NCBI GenBank assembly: GCA_964650715.1 | Contig: CAZYUL010000001.1 | Coordinates: forward strand, 37,938-101,937 | Origin: an uncultured Gemmatimonas sp. | GTDB taxonomy: Bacteria; Gemmatimonadota; Gemmatimonadetes; Gemmatimonadales; Gemmatimonadaceae | Length of the DNA: 64,000 nucleotides | Direction: 5' to 3' | Shown here: positions 55,440 to 64,000 of the stretch, one piece after another | Layout: each line of letters opens with the position of its first letter | How positions within the stretch are numbered: position 1 is the stretch's first letter | Notes under the pieces: generated by a model | What the model was told of the DNA's origin: nothing | Seen by the model: the letters and a program-made list of their open reading frames with translations, nothing else | Database searches by the model: none | Program-made: the position numbers and the translations under genes

Positions 55440-56203
55440 TGCGACTGGCGGGACAGCATGCCCTCGTCACCGGCGCGAACCGCGGCATCGGCGCGGCGAT
55501 CGCGCGACGGCTCGCCGACGAGGGCGCCGACCTCACCCTGATGGTGCGCGACCCGGCGAAGGCCGCGGCGGTCACCAGCGACCTCTCCGGCCTCGGCATC
55601 CGCGTCGCGGTGGTCGCGGCGGACATCACCGACGGCACGGCGGTGCGGCGCGGCTGCGAGACCGCGGCGGCCGGGCTCGGCCCCGTCACGATCCTCGTGA
55701 ACAACGCCGGCACCGCGGCATCGCAGCCCTTCCTGAGGACCGACATCGGGCTCTTCGAGCGACTGATCGCGATGCACCTGCTCGGGCCGGTGCACGCGGC
55801 CCAGGCGGTGCTCCCCGCGATGCTCGCGTGCGGCGCGGGGCGCATCGTGAACGTCGCGAGCATCGCCGGACTGCAGGGCGCCCCGTACATCACCGCGTAC
55901 GCCGCTGCCAAGCACGCGATGGTCGGCTTCACCCGCGCGCTCGCCGCCGAGGTCCAGCCGAAGGGGGTCCTCGTGAACGCGGTGTGTCCCGGCTACACCG
56001 ACACCGAGCTGGTGCACGGGGCGGTGCAGGCGATCGTCGCCAAGACCGGGCGCAGCGCCGAGGACGCGCTGCGGACCATCCTCACCTCCGCGGGACAGCG
56101 TCGCCTCGTCACGATGGACGAGGTCGCGCGCGCCGTGCTCGCCTACTGCGCGCCGGACGCGACGGCGAGCGGCGAGGCCCGTCCGATCATGGGGGACGCG
56201 TGA
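55439..56203 (+). CDS. SDR family oxidoreductase
   Basis: TGANRGIG, NNAG, YAAAK, NAVCPG. Confidence 0.9.
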   Translation: MRLAGQHALVTGANRGIGAAIARRLADEGADLTLMVRDPAKAAAVTSDLSGLGIRVAVVAADITDGTAVRRGCETAAAGLGPVTILVNNAGTAASQPFLRTDIGLFERLIAMHLLGPVHAAQAVLPAMLACGAGRIVNVASIAGLQGAPYITAYAAAKHAMVGFTRALAAEVQPKGVLVNAVCPGYTDTELVHGAVQAIVAKTGRSAEDALRTILTSAGQRRLVTMDEVARAVLAYCAPDATASGEARPIMGDA

Positions 56204-56231
56204 TCCGCGCCGCGACCGGCCGGGGCGCGCC

Positions 56232-56720
56232 ATGATCCTCCGCGCGGCGGATCCCGAGACGCGGCTCCAGGGCGCGGACCACGAGGCCCTGCGCCTCTGG
56301 CTGCGCCTCTTCACGTGCACGACGATGGTCGAGCGCGAGGTGGACTCGATGCTCAAGCGGGAGTTCGGCTCCTCCCTGCCACGCTTCGACCTCCTCGCCC
56401 AGCTCGAGCGCGCCCCCGGCGGCCTCCGCATGGGGCAGCTCTCCGAGCGCATCCTCACGACGAACGGCAACGTGACCTGGCTCGTGGCGGCGCTGGAGGA
56501 CGAGGGCTTCGTGCGACGGCGCACCGCATCCGACGACCGCCGCGCCGTCGTCGTGCGCCTGACGCCCGCGGGGCGCCGGCACTTCGCGCTGATGGCCCGT
56601 GCGCACGAGGCCCTGATCGTCCGGCTTCTCGCCGGACTGAGTGCATCCGAGCGTCGCGCGATGCACGCGCTCCTCGGCACCGTGAAGCAGCACCTCCGCC
56701 CGATGAGGACCACCGCATGA
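56232..56720 (+). CDS. MarR family transcriptional regulator
   Basis: [36 protein letters not shown]. Confidence 0.9.
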   Translation: MILRAADPETRLQGADHEALRLWLRLFTCTTMVEREVDSMLKREFGSSLPRFDLLAQLERAPGGLRMGQLSERILTTNGNVTWLVAALEDEGFVRRRTASDDRRAVVVRLTPAGRRHFALMARAHEALIVRLLAGLSASERRAMHALLGTVKQHLRPMRTTA

Positions 56721-57565
56721 CTGCGAACGACCCGATGTCCGCGATGCGCCGGCCGATCGCCGGCCGCACCTTCCGCCACTTCCACTGGTCCACCGCGCAC
56801 GAGGGACGCGTCGGCGTGATCACCCTCGACCGCCCGTCGCGGAAGAACCCCCTCACCTTCGACTCCTACGCGGAGCTGCGCGACCTCTTCCGCGAGCTCC
56901 CGTACGCGTCGGACGTCCGCGCCATCGTGCTGACGGGCGCCGAGCGGGACTTCTGTTCCGGTGGCGATGTCTTCGAGATCATCGAGCCGCTCACGCGGAT
57001 GGCGGTACCCGAGCTCCTCGCGTTCACCCGGATGACGGGAGACCTCGTCAAGGCGATGCGGGCCTGCCCGCAACCCGTCATCGCGGCTGTGGACGGCGTC
57101 GCTGCCGGCGCCGGCGCGATCCTCGCGATGGCGAGCGACCTCCGCCTGGCGACGCCGCGCGCGCGGACCTCGTTCCTCTTCACCCGCGTCGGCCTGGCGG
57201 GATGCGACATGGGCGCCTGCGCGATCCTCCCGCGGCTGGTCGGACAGGGACGCGCCGCGGAGCTCCTCCTCACCGGCCGGGCGCTGGAGGCCGCCGAGGG
57301 GGAGCGCTGGGGCTTCTACAACGCGATCGTCCCGCCCGAGTCGCTTCTCGCCGAGGCGACGGCGCGCGCCGGCGCGCTCGCCGCGGGCCCCGCCTTCGCG
57401 CACGCGATGACCAAGCGCATGCTGGAGCAGGAGTGGAGCGTCACCGTGGACGTGGCCCTGGAGATGGAGGCGCAGGCACAGGCGCTCTGCATGGGCACGC
57501 AGGACTTCCGCCGCGCGTTCGAGGCGTTCGCGGCGAAGCGCACTCCCACCTTCGAGGGGAACTGA
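56717..57565 (+). CDS. enoyl-CoA hydratase family protein
   Basis: [33 protein letters not shown]. Confidence 0.9.
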   Translation: MTANDPMSAMRRPIAGRTFRHFHWSTAHEGRVGVITLDRPSRKNPLTFDSYAELRDLFRELPYASDVRAIVLTGAERDFCSGGDVFEIIEPLTRMAVPELLAFTRMTGDLVKAMRACPQPVIAAVDGVAAGAGAILAMASDLRLATPRARTSFLFTRVGLAGCDMGACAILPRLVGQGRAAELLLTGRALEAAEGERWGFYNAIVPPESLLAEATARAGALAAGPAFAHAMTKRMLEQEWSVTVDVALEMEAQAQALCMGTQDFRRAFEAFAAKRTPTFEGN

Positions 57566-58800
57566 TGGACCACGGGACCGAGCGACGGGGACGGCGCCTC
57601 ACGCCGATGCCGGTGCAGCACCTCGACTGGCCCTTCCTCGACGATGCGCACCGGGACCTCGGCGCGCGCGTGGCGCAGTGGGTCGCGACCCAGCAGGTGG
57701 ACCACCGCGACCCCGACGCCGCCTGCCGCGAGTGGGTGGCACGGCTCGGCAAGGCCGGCTACCTCCGCTACTGCGTTCCCCACCGTCACGGCGGCGCGGT
57801 CGCCGCGCTCGACGAACTCGACACGCGATCGCTCTGCGTCCTGCGCGAGGCGCTCGCCGCACACGATGCCCTCGCCGACTTCGCGTTCGCGATGCAGGGA
57901 CTCGGCTCGGGGGCCATCTCGCTGGGCGGCTCGGAGGCCCTGCGCGCGGAGTGGCTGCCGCGCGTCGCCGACGGGCGCGCGATCGGCGCCTTCGCACTCA
58001 CCGAGCCGGACGCCGGGTCCGACGTCGCGGCGATCGCCACCCGCGCCGAGCGCACGGGGGGCGGCTGGCGCCTCGACGGCACGAAGACCTGGATCTCGAA
58101 CGGCGGCATCGCCGACTTCTACTGCGTCTTCGCGCGCACCGCGGCGGGCGCGGAGGGCGCGGCGGGTTCCAAGGGGATCAGCGCGTTCCTCGTCCCGGCG
58201 GCGACCCCCGGTTGCACCGTCAGCGAGCGGCTCGACGTGATGGCGCCCCATCCCCTCGCGACGCTCACGTTCGACGGATGCGAGGTGCCGGCGTCGCACC
58301 TCCTCGGCGTCGAGGGTGAGGGATTCAAGCTCGCGATGCGGACGCTCGACATCTTCCGTGTCTCGGTCGCCGCCGCCGCGGTGGGTTTCGCGCGGCGCGC
58401 ATTGCGCGAGACCCTCCGGCACGCGAGCACGCGGGCGATGTTCGGCGCGACGCTCGGCGCGCAACCGCTCGCCCAGGCGCTGATCGGCGACAGCGCCACC
58501 GAGCTCGATGCCGCGGCCCTCCTGACGTACCGCGCCGCCTGGCAGCGCGACACCAGCCAGGTGAGGACGACCGCGGTGGCGGCGATGGCCAAGCTCGCCG
58601 CGACCGAGCTGGCGCAGCGGATCATCGACCGCGCGGTGCAGTTGCACGGCGGTCGCGGCGTGCGCCGCGGCGAGGTGGTCGAGCGTCTCTATCGCGAGAT
58701 CCGCGCACTCCGGATCTACGAGGGGGCCACCGAGGTCCAGCGACTCCTCGTGGGCCGCGAAGTCCTCAAGGCCGACGCGCCGGGCGGAGCCGCGCGATGA
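57565..58800 (+). CDS. acyl-CoA dehydrogenase
   Basis: [35 protein letters not shown]. Confidence 0.92.
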   Translation: MDHGTERRGRRLTPMPVQHLDWPFLDDAHRDLGARVAQWVATQQVDHRDPDAACREWVARLGKAGYLRYCVPHRHGGAVAALDELDTRSLCVLREALAAHDALADFAFAMQGLGSGAISLGGSEALRAEWLPRVADGRAIGAFALTEPDAGSDVAAIATRAERTGGGWRLDGTKTWISNGGIADFYCVFARTAAGAEGAAGSKGISAFLVPAATPGCTVSERLDVMAPHPLATLTFDGCEVPASHLLGVEGEGFKLAMRTLDIFRVSVAAAAVGFARRALRETLRHASTRAMFGATLGAQPLAQALIGDSATELDAAALLTYRAAWQRDTSQVRTTAVAAMAKLAATELAQRIIDRAVQLHGGRGVRRGEVVERLYREIRALRIYEGATEVQRLLVGREVLKADAPGGAAR

Positions 58801-60446
58801 ACGCGCGCCTCCTTCCCAGCGCCCACCAGGACCCGTGGCCGCGAGAGCAGTTGCCACCGACGGAGGAGTGGCCGGTGCTGCGGCTCGAGGGCGCCTACGA
58901 CTATCCGGCCACGCTCAATGCCGCCGCGCGACTGCTCGATGACGCGGTGGCGGAGGGCCACGGCGGGCGCCCCGCGATCGTCACTCCGGACGGGGCCGGC
59001 GGCTGGACCACGACGACATACGCGCAGCTCCAGGCGCAGGTGGATGCGTTCGCGCACGTCCTGCGCGAGGACCTCGCCCTCGTGCCCGGCAACCGCGTGC
59101 TGCTGCGGGGATTCAACGGTCGGTGGATGGTCGCGGCCTGGCTCGCGACGCTCAAGGCCGGCCTCGTCGCCGTGACGACGATGCCGCTGCTGCGCACCCG
59201 CGAACTGCGGGTGATCGCCGAGCGCGCACGCTGTGACGCCGCCCTCTGCGATGCCCGGCTCGCGGACGAACTGCGCGCCGCCGTCGAGGCGCCGACGAGC
59301 GTGCGCGCCTTGCGGCTGTGGGGCTCCGAGGCCGCCGATGGGCTCGAGGCGCTCATGGCGCGTCACTCGGCGCCCTTCGCGAGCGTCCCCACGAGCCGCG
59401 ACGACGTTTGCCTGATCGCATTCACCTCGGGCACGACCGGCGTCCCCAAGGGGTGCATGCACTTCCACCGCGACGTGATGGCGATGTGCGATGGGTTCTC
59501 GCGCCAGGTGCTCCGCACGGGGAGCGCCGACCGCTGCATCGGGACCCCCCCGCTCGCGTTCACCTTCGGGCTCGGCGGCCTGCTCTGCTTCCCCTTCGCC
59601 GCGCGCGGCGCGGCCGTCCTGCTGGAGAAGGCGACGCCCGAGACCCTGCTCGACGCCATCGCTGCCACCGGCGCGACGGTCAGCTTCACCGCGCCGACCT
59701 TCTACCGCCAGATGGCGCTCGCGATGAAGCGGGAGCCGGCACGCTGGACCGTGGGATCGCTGCGCGCCTCGGTCTCCGCCGGCGAGGCGCTCCCCGATGC
59801 CACGCGCACGCTCTGGCGCGAGGTCACCGGCATCGAGATGCTCGACGGCATCGGCGCGACGGAGATGATCCACATCTTCATCGCCGCCGCGGGCGCCGAC
59901 GTCCGCCCGGGGGCGATCGGGAAGCCGGTGCCGGGCTACGAGGTCGCGATCCTCGACGATGAGCTCCGGCCCGTGCCGCATGGGAGCGTCGGACGGCTCG
60001 CGATCCGCGGGCCGACGGGATGCCGGTACCTCAGCGATCCCCGCCAGCGCGAGTACGTGCGCGACGGCTGGAACCTCACCGGCGACGCCTGCACGATGGA
60101 CGAAGACGGCTATGTCTTCTTCAAGGCCCGCACCGACGACCTCATCCTGTCGGCCGGCTACAACATCGGTGCTCCCGAGGTGGAGGCCGCGGCGCTCACG
60201 CACCCTGACGTCGCCGAGTGCGCCGTGGTCGGCGTCCCAGACCCCGACCGAGGGCAGGCCGTGAAGGCGTTCATCGTGCTCCGCCCCGGCCTCGACCCGA
60301 GCGATGCGCGGGCCCGCGCGATCCAGGACCACGTGAAGGCGACGATCGCACCCTACAAGTACCCGCGCGTCGTCGAGTTCGTGGCGACGCTCCCGAAGAC
60401 CGACACCGGCAAGCTCCAACGTTTCCGCCTGAAGGAGGCGAGATGA
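58797..60446 (+). CDS. aromatic acid-CoA ligase (2-aminobenzoate-CoA ligase-like)
   Basis: [37 protein letters not shown]. Confidence 0.9.
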   Translation: MNARLLPSAHQDPWPREQLPPTEEWPVLRLEGAYDYPATLNAAARLLDDAVAEGHGGRPAIVTPDGAGGWTTTTYAQLQAQVDAFAHVLREDLALVPGNRVLLRGFNGRWMVAAWLATLKAGLVAVTTMPLLRTRELRVIAERARCDAALCDARLADELRAAVEAPTSVRALRLWGSEAADGLEALMARHSAPFASVPTSRDDVCLIAFTSGTTGVPKGCMHFHRDVMAMCDGFSRQVLRTGSADRCIGTPPLAFTFGLGGLLCFPFAARGAAVLLEKATPETLLDAIAATGATVSFTAPTFYRQMALAMKREPARWTVGSLRASVSAGEALPDATRTLWREVTGIEMLDGIGATEMIHIFIAAAGADVRPGAIGKPVPGYEVAILDDELRPVPHGSVGRLAIRGPTGCRYLSDPRQREYVRDGWNLTGDACTMDEDGYVFFKARTDDLILSAGYNIGAPEVEAAALTHPDVAECAVVGVPDPDRGQAVKAFIVLRPGLDPSDARARAIQDHVKATIAPYKYPRVVEFVATLPKTDTGKLQRFRLKEAR

Positions 60447-60835
60447 GTCCGCGGCTCCTCAATCCCGACGGCTGGCCGCGTCCCAGCGGCTACAACAACG
60501 GCGTCTCCTCGACCGGACGCATCATCTGCGTCGCAGGACAGATCGGGTGGGACGCCGAGCGGCGGCTCGCCGCGGGCGACTTCGTCGCCCAGGCGAGGCA
60601 GGCGCTCCTGAACGTCGTCGCGATCCTCGCGGAGGACGGCGCCGGGCCGGAGCACCTCGTGCGCCTCACCTGGTACGTGACGGACCGTGCCGGGTACCTC
60701 GCGGCCGCGAAGCCCCTTGGCGCCGTCTACCGCGAGGTCATCGGGAAGCACTACCCGGCGATGACCGCGGTTCAGGTCTCGGCCTTGATGGAGCCCGGGG
60801 CCCTCGTGGAGGTCGAGGCCACGGCCGTGGCCTGA
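60443..60835 (+). CDS. Rid family protein
   Basis: PDGWPRPSGY, AGQIGW, HYPAM, VEVEATA. Met occupies the position of the catalytic Arg. Confidence 0.88.
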   Translation: MSPRLLNPDGWPRPSGYNNGVSSTGRIICVAGQIGWDAERRLAAGDFVAQARQALLNVVAILAEDGAGPEHLVRLTWYVTDRAGYLAAAKPLGAVYREVIGKHYPAMTAVQVSALMEPGALVEVEATAVA

Positions 60836-62295
60836 CCTGCCGCCGGGAGGTGCACGCGGAAGAGGGCACCGCCGATCGAGGCACGACCGAGTTCCAGCGA
60901 TCCTCCGTGTGCCTCGACGATCGCGCGGGCGACGAAGAGTCCGAGACCCGACGCCCCGGCGGCTTCGCGCACGTCCGACCCGTATGAGTCCAGCCGTTCA
61001 AGCACTCGCGGCGGGAATCCGGGCCCGTTGTCGGCGATCTCCACCACGACGTCCCCGGCCTGACCCCGCGCCGTTCGCACGCGCACCTCGCCGAACTCGC
61101 CGCGCCGCGCCACCGCGCGCGCGGCATTCGCGATCCCGGCAGCGACGAGCTGCGCCAGTCGGTCCGGATCCCCGCGGATGGCCGGCGCGCCGTCGTGCGT
61201 GACGCGCAGCCTGGTGTTCCCGGGCACATAGTGCCGCGCCCGGTGCACGCCGTCGTCCACGATCGCCTGGGGGCTCAGCGGCTCTTTGGCGATCGCGAGC
61301 GGCTGCGCGTAGGCGCGTACGGCCGCGATCACCCGCCCGATCCGCTCTGCGGCTTCGTCGGCAGCGGCCAGTGCCTCGCGCGCATCCGGCGGCGCCGTGC
61401 GCAGGTGTGACTCCCGCAGCTCCTCCAGGTTGAGCGTGAGCGCCTGGAGCGGGTTGTTGATCTCATGTCCGATCCCGCCGGCGATCCGGCCGAGCGCGGC
61501 GAACCGCTGCTGCGCCTCGAGCGCGCCTCGGGCGGCATCCCGCTCCTGTGTGGTCGTCTCGACCTCGGCCTTCAGCCACTCGGAAAGGACCTCGAGGCGC
61601 CGCGCATCATTGACGAACTGCGCGAGGAACTGCTCGGTGACCGGCACGACGAGGGCGAGGTAGCCGACCTCGGCGAGGAACATGAAGTCGATGACACCGG
61701 AGGCGACGAGCGACTCCTCGACCCCGGCGGCGAGCAGAACGGCGAAGCCGACCACGATCGCCCACGCCCCCCGCGCGCCGCGTCGCGCCTCGCGGACCTG
61801 TCGGGCGAGCGAGACCAGGACCACCACGAGCACGAGCGCCGCAGCCGCCGACCCCGCCGGCGTGAGCAACACCCGCCCGAAGGTCAGCCCGAGCCGCGGG
61901 ATCTCGACCGTGGCGTAGCTGCCTTGGTCGTGCGCGAGACCGGTTGCGCCGAGCGTCGTCGTCACCGCGATCGTGCCGAGCGCGAGGCGACGCACCCAGC
62001 GCGGGAGCACCCGCCAGGAACCACCGGCGTCGGTGAAGCTGAACCACAGCCACGCCGCCACGTGCACGCCGACGACGACGAGGTTGAAGTTCGCCCCGGC
62101 CCAGACGACCTCCGCCGAATGGCCGATCCCCCACGTCACGAGGTTCGAGAGGCTGTACGCCCCGGCCGATGCGGCCAGGATGGCGAGGATCCGCAGCCGT
62201 CGCCAACCGGGGGCGCGGCCGATCACGAGCGCGCCGACGAACGCCGCGACCTGCAGCGTGAGCGTGACGGTGGAGAGGATGATGGCAGCGTTCAT
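60772..62295 (-). CDS. multi-TM sensor histidine kinase
   Basis: About seven TM helices, GHEINNPL H-box, IANA N-box, DNGPG, GLGL. Confidence 0.88.
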   Translation of the reverse strand: MNAAIILSTVTLTLQVAAFVGALVIGRAPGWRRLRILAILAASAGAYSLSNLVTWGIGHSAEVVWAGANFNLVVVGVHVAAWLWFSFTDAGGSWRVLPRWVRRLALGTIAVTTTLGATGLAHDQGSYATVEIPRLGLTFGRVLLTPAGSAAAALVLVVVLVSLARQVREARRGARGAWAIVVGFAVLLAAGVEESLVASGVIDFMFLAEVGYLALVVPVTEQFLAQFVNDARRLEVLSEWLKAEVETTTQERDAARGALEAQQRFAALGRIAGGIGHEINNPLQALTLNLEELRESHLRTAPPDAREALAAADEAAERIGRVIAAVRAYAQPLAIAKEPLSPQAIVDDGVHRARHYVPGNTRLRVTHDGAPAIRGDPDRLAQLVAAGIANAARAVARRGEFGEVRVRTARGQAGDVVVEIADNGPGFPPRVLERLDSYGSDVREAAGASGLGLFVARAIVEAHGGSLELGRASIGGALFRVHLPAAGQATAVASTSTRAPGSIKAET

Positions 62296-62368
62296 CGGGC
62301 AGCGGGCTCGGTGGATGACGGCGCGCGGCGGTTGCGCCCCCCGCGCGGCTCGGCATCTTCCCCACCCT

Positions 62369-63499
62369 ATGAAATACGCCTCGATCACCGGTTGGGGTAA
62401 GTGCATGCCCCCGGCCGTCCTGACGAACGACGACCTCTCCACCTTCCTCGAGACCTCCGATGAGTGGATCACCTCGCGGACGGGGATGAAGGAGCGCCGG
62501 ATCTCGCACGTCACCGCTGTCGAGATGTCCACGGTGGCCGCGAGGCGCGCACTGGCATGTGCGGGTCTCGATCCCGCCGAGCTCGACCTGGTCATCTACG
62601 GCGGCGTCAGCAACGAGGAGCTCTGCCCCAACAGCGCGTCGGGGGTGCAGCTGATGCTCGGTGCCACGCGGGCCGCCGCCGTGGACCTCAACACCGCGTG
62701 CACCAGCTTCTGCTACGGCCTCGCGACCGCCACCGCGATGATCCGCACCGGCACCATCCGCAACGCGGTGGTCATCGGCGTCGAGCTGATATCGCGCTAC
62801 ATGGACTGGTCCAACCGGAACGTCGCCGTGCTCTTCGGCGACGGCGCCGCCGCCGTCGTCCTCCAGGCGACCGATCGCGAGGAGGGGATGCTCGGCGCGG
62901 TGCTCGGCTGCGATGCCGAGGCGCGGGCGACCCTCCGCGTGCGTGGATTCGGCTGCGGATACTCCGGATACGGCATCACCTTCGGCGACACCCTGTGGGA
63001 CTTCGACGGCCAGGTGATCTTCAAGCGCGCGGTGAAGGCGATGTCGGAGGCGTCGGTGAAGGTGCTGTCCGACCGCGGCGTCCGCTCCGAGGAGGTGGCG
63101 CTGGTGGTCCCCCACCAAGCCAACCTCCGGATCATCGAGAGCGTGGCGAAGCATGCCGGCATCCCGATGGAGAAGGTGATGCTCACCGTGCAGCGGTACG
63201 GCAACATGAGTGCGGCGACGGTCCCGGTCGCGCTGGTCGAAGCGCTTGAGGCGGGCCGCGTGCATCCGGGGGATTGGCTGCTCATGCCGGCCTTCGGTGG
63301 CGGACTGACGTTCTGCTCGCTGCTCGTGCGGTGGGGGGCGCGGGTGACGCCCCTCGGCACGAGTGACGCCGAGTTGCCGCCCTGTGCGCAGACCGCGCTG
63401 GAGATGGTGAACGCGATCCGCGCGGGGCAGGATCCGCACGGTCGTTCGGCGAAGGGACTCATGGCTCCGGTGTTCGCGGAGGCGCGGCTCGCGGGCTGA
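62369..63499 (+). CDS. fabH: 3-oxoacyl-ACP synthase III
   Basis: TSDEWI, TACTSF (Cys), LFGDGA, PHQAN, YGN, FGGG. Confidence 0.92.
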   Translation: MKYASITGWGKCMPPAVLTNDDLSTFLETSDEWITSRTGMKERRISHVTAVEMSTVAARRALACAGLDPAELDLVIYGGVSNEELCPNSASGVQLMLGATRAAAVDLNTACTSFCYGLATATAMIRTGTIRNAVVIGVELISRYMDWSNRNVAVLFGDGAAAVVLQATDREEGMLGAVLGCDAEARATLRVRGFGCGYSGYGITFGDTLWDFDGQVIFKRAVKAMSEASVKVLSDRGVRSEEVALVVPHQANLRIIESVAKHAGIPMEKVMLTVQRYGNMSAATVPVALVEALEAGRVHPGDWLLMPAFGGGLTFCSLLVRWGARVTPLGTSDAELPPCAQTALEMVNAIRAGQDPHGRSAKGLMAPVFAEARLAG

Positions 63500-63550
63500 C
63501 GCCTCCCGGTGATCGGCGCGTGTCGCCCGCAGGGGCCGACCCGCGCAATT

Positions 63551-63597
63551 GGATGGATGAGGGGTCCCGGTCGCGGTGACCGGGACCGCATCCGTTC
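63551..63597 (+). other. long intergenic hairpin
   Basis: GGTCCCGGTC-GCGGT-GACCGGGACC perfect 10-bp stem (63563-63587), extended by GGATG/CATCC. No U-tract. Confidence 0.6.
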
Positions 63598-63614
63598 GCC
63601 ACCACGGAGGTACG

Positions 63615-64000
63615 ATGCGCACCACCCGACGCCAGTTCCTCGACAAGCTCGCCACCGGTTCCCTCGCGCTCGGCGCGATGCCGATGGCGCTCCACGCGCT
63701 CCCCGGCGCGCTGAGCGCCGGGAGCCCGCCGCAGCAGGGCGGCTACGACCTCTCCTGGACGGGACGCATCAACGGCCGCTTGAAGGCGGTCTTCGACGTC
63801 CCCGAGGTGGAGCACGGCTGGGGCGCCTGGCGCGCCATCGGCTGGGGCCGGACGATGGAGCAGATGGGCACCCCGCCGCGGGAGCTCTCCAGCGTGATGG
63901 TGCTGCGGCACAACGCGATCATCCTCGCGATGAACCAGGCGTTCTGGGACAAGTACGCTGTCGGCAAGGCGAAGGGCGTGGGGCACCCGCTCACCGGCGA
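63615..64000 (+). CDS. Tat-exported hypothetical protein (partial)
   Basis: GGAGG SD. MRTTRRQFL Tat motif, then YDLSW...KAVFD...VLRHNAIILAMNQAFWDKY; no stop before the window end. Confidence 0.75.
   Translation, partial: MRTTRRQFLDKLATGSLALGAMPMALHALPGALSAGSPPQQGGYDLSWTGRINGRLKAVFDVPEVEHGWGAWRAIGWGRTMEQMGTPPRELSSVMVLRHNAIILAMNQAFWDKYAVGKAKGVGHPLTG

Noticed and set aside
1-64000. Frequent GCGATCGC (HIP1-like) and CTCGAG words
   Set aside because: Largely explained by preferred codon pairs (Ala-Ile-Ala, Leu-Glu); a codon-aware null model would be needed before claiming enrichment.

Overview
High-GC (about 70% by eye), gene-dense bacterial chromosome segment with about 65 CDSs. The protein families suggest Gemmatimonadota (inference only). 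No rRNA, tRNA, CRISPR array, integrase or transposase was seen. Family calls come from recognising motifs in the translations; no searches were run. Main modules: secreted hydrolases; an AhpD-like gene interrupted by an in-frame TGA at the CxxC position and followed by a SECIS-like hairpin (candidate selenoprotein), coupled to a Cys-free AhpD-like partner; an N6-adenine DNA methyltransferase plus SF2 helicase pair with no recognisable nuclease; an ECF sigma/ZAS anti-sigma locus with three DUF4097 genes and a BI-1/YccA gene; arginase plus an LOR/SDH-type ornithine cyclodeaminase candidate; a sodium:solute symporter with a 33-aa upstream membrane peptide; a molybdo-hydroxylase operon (IorAB, XdhC, MocA); a Rid plus D-serine dehydratase-like pair; a CoA-dependent anthranilate/salicylate degradation operon; an orphan histidine kinase; and a stand-alone fabH. 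Many genes look leaderless. Most long ORFs in the supplied track are antisense or off-frame shadows of real genes.
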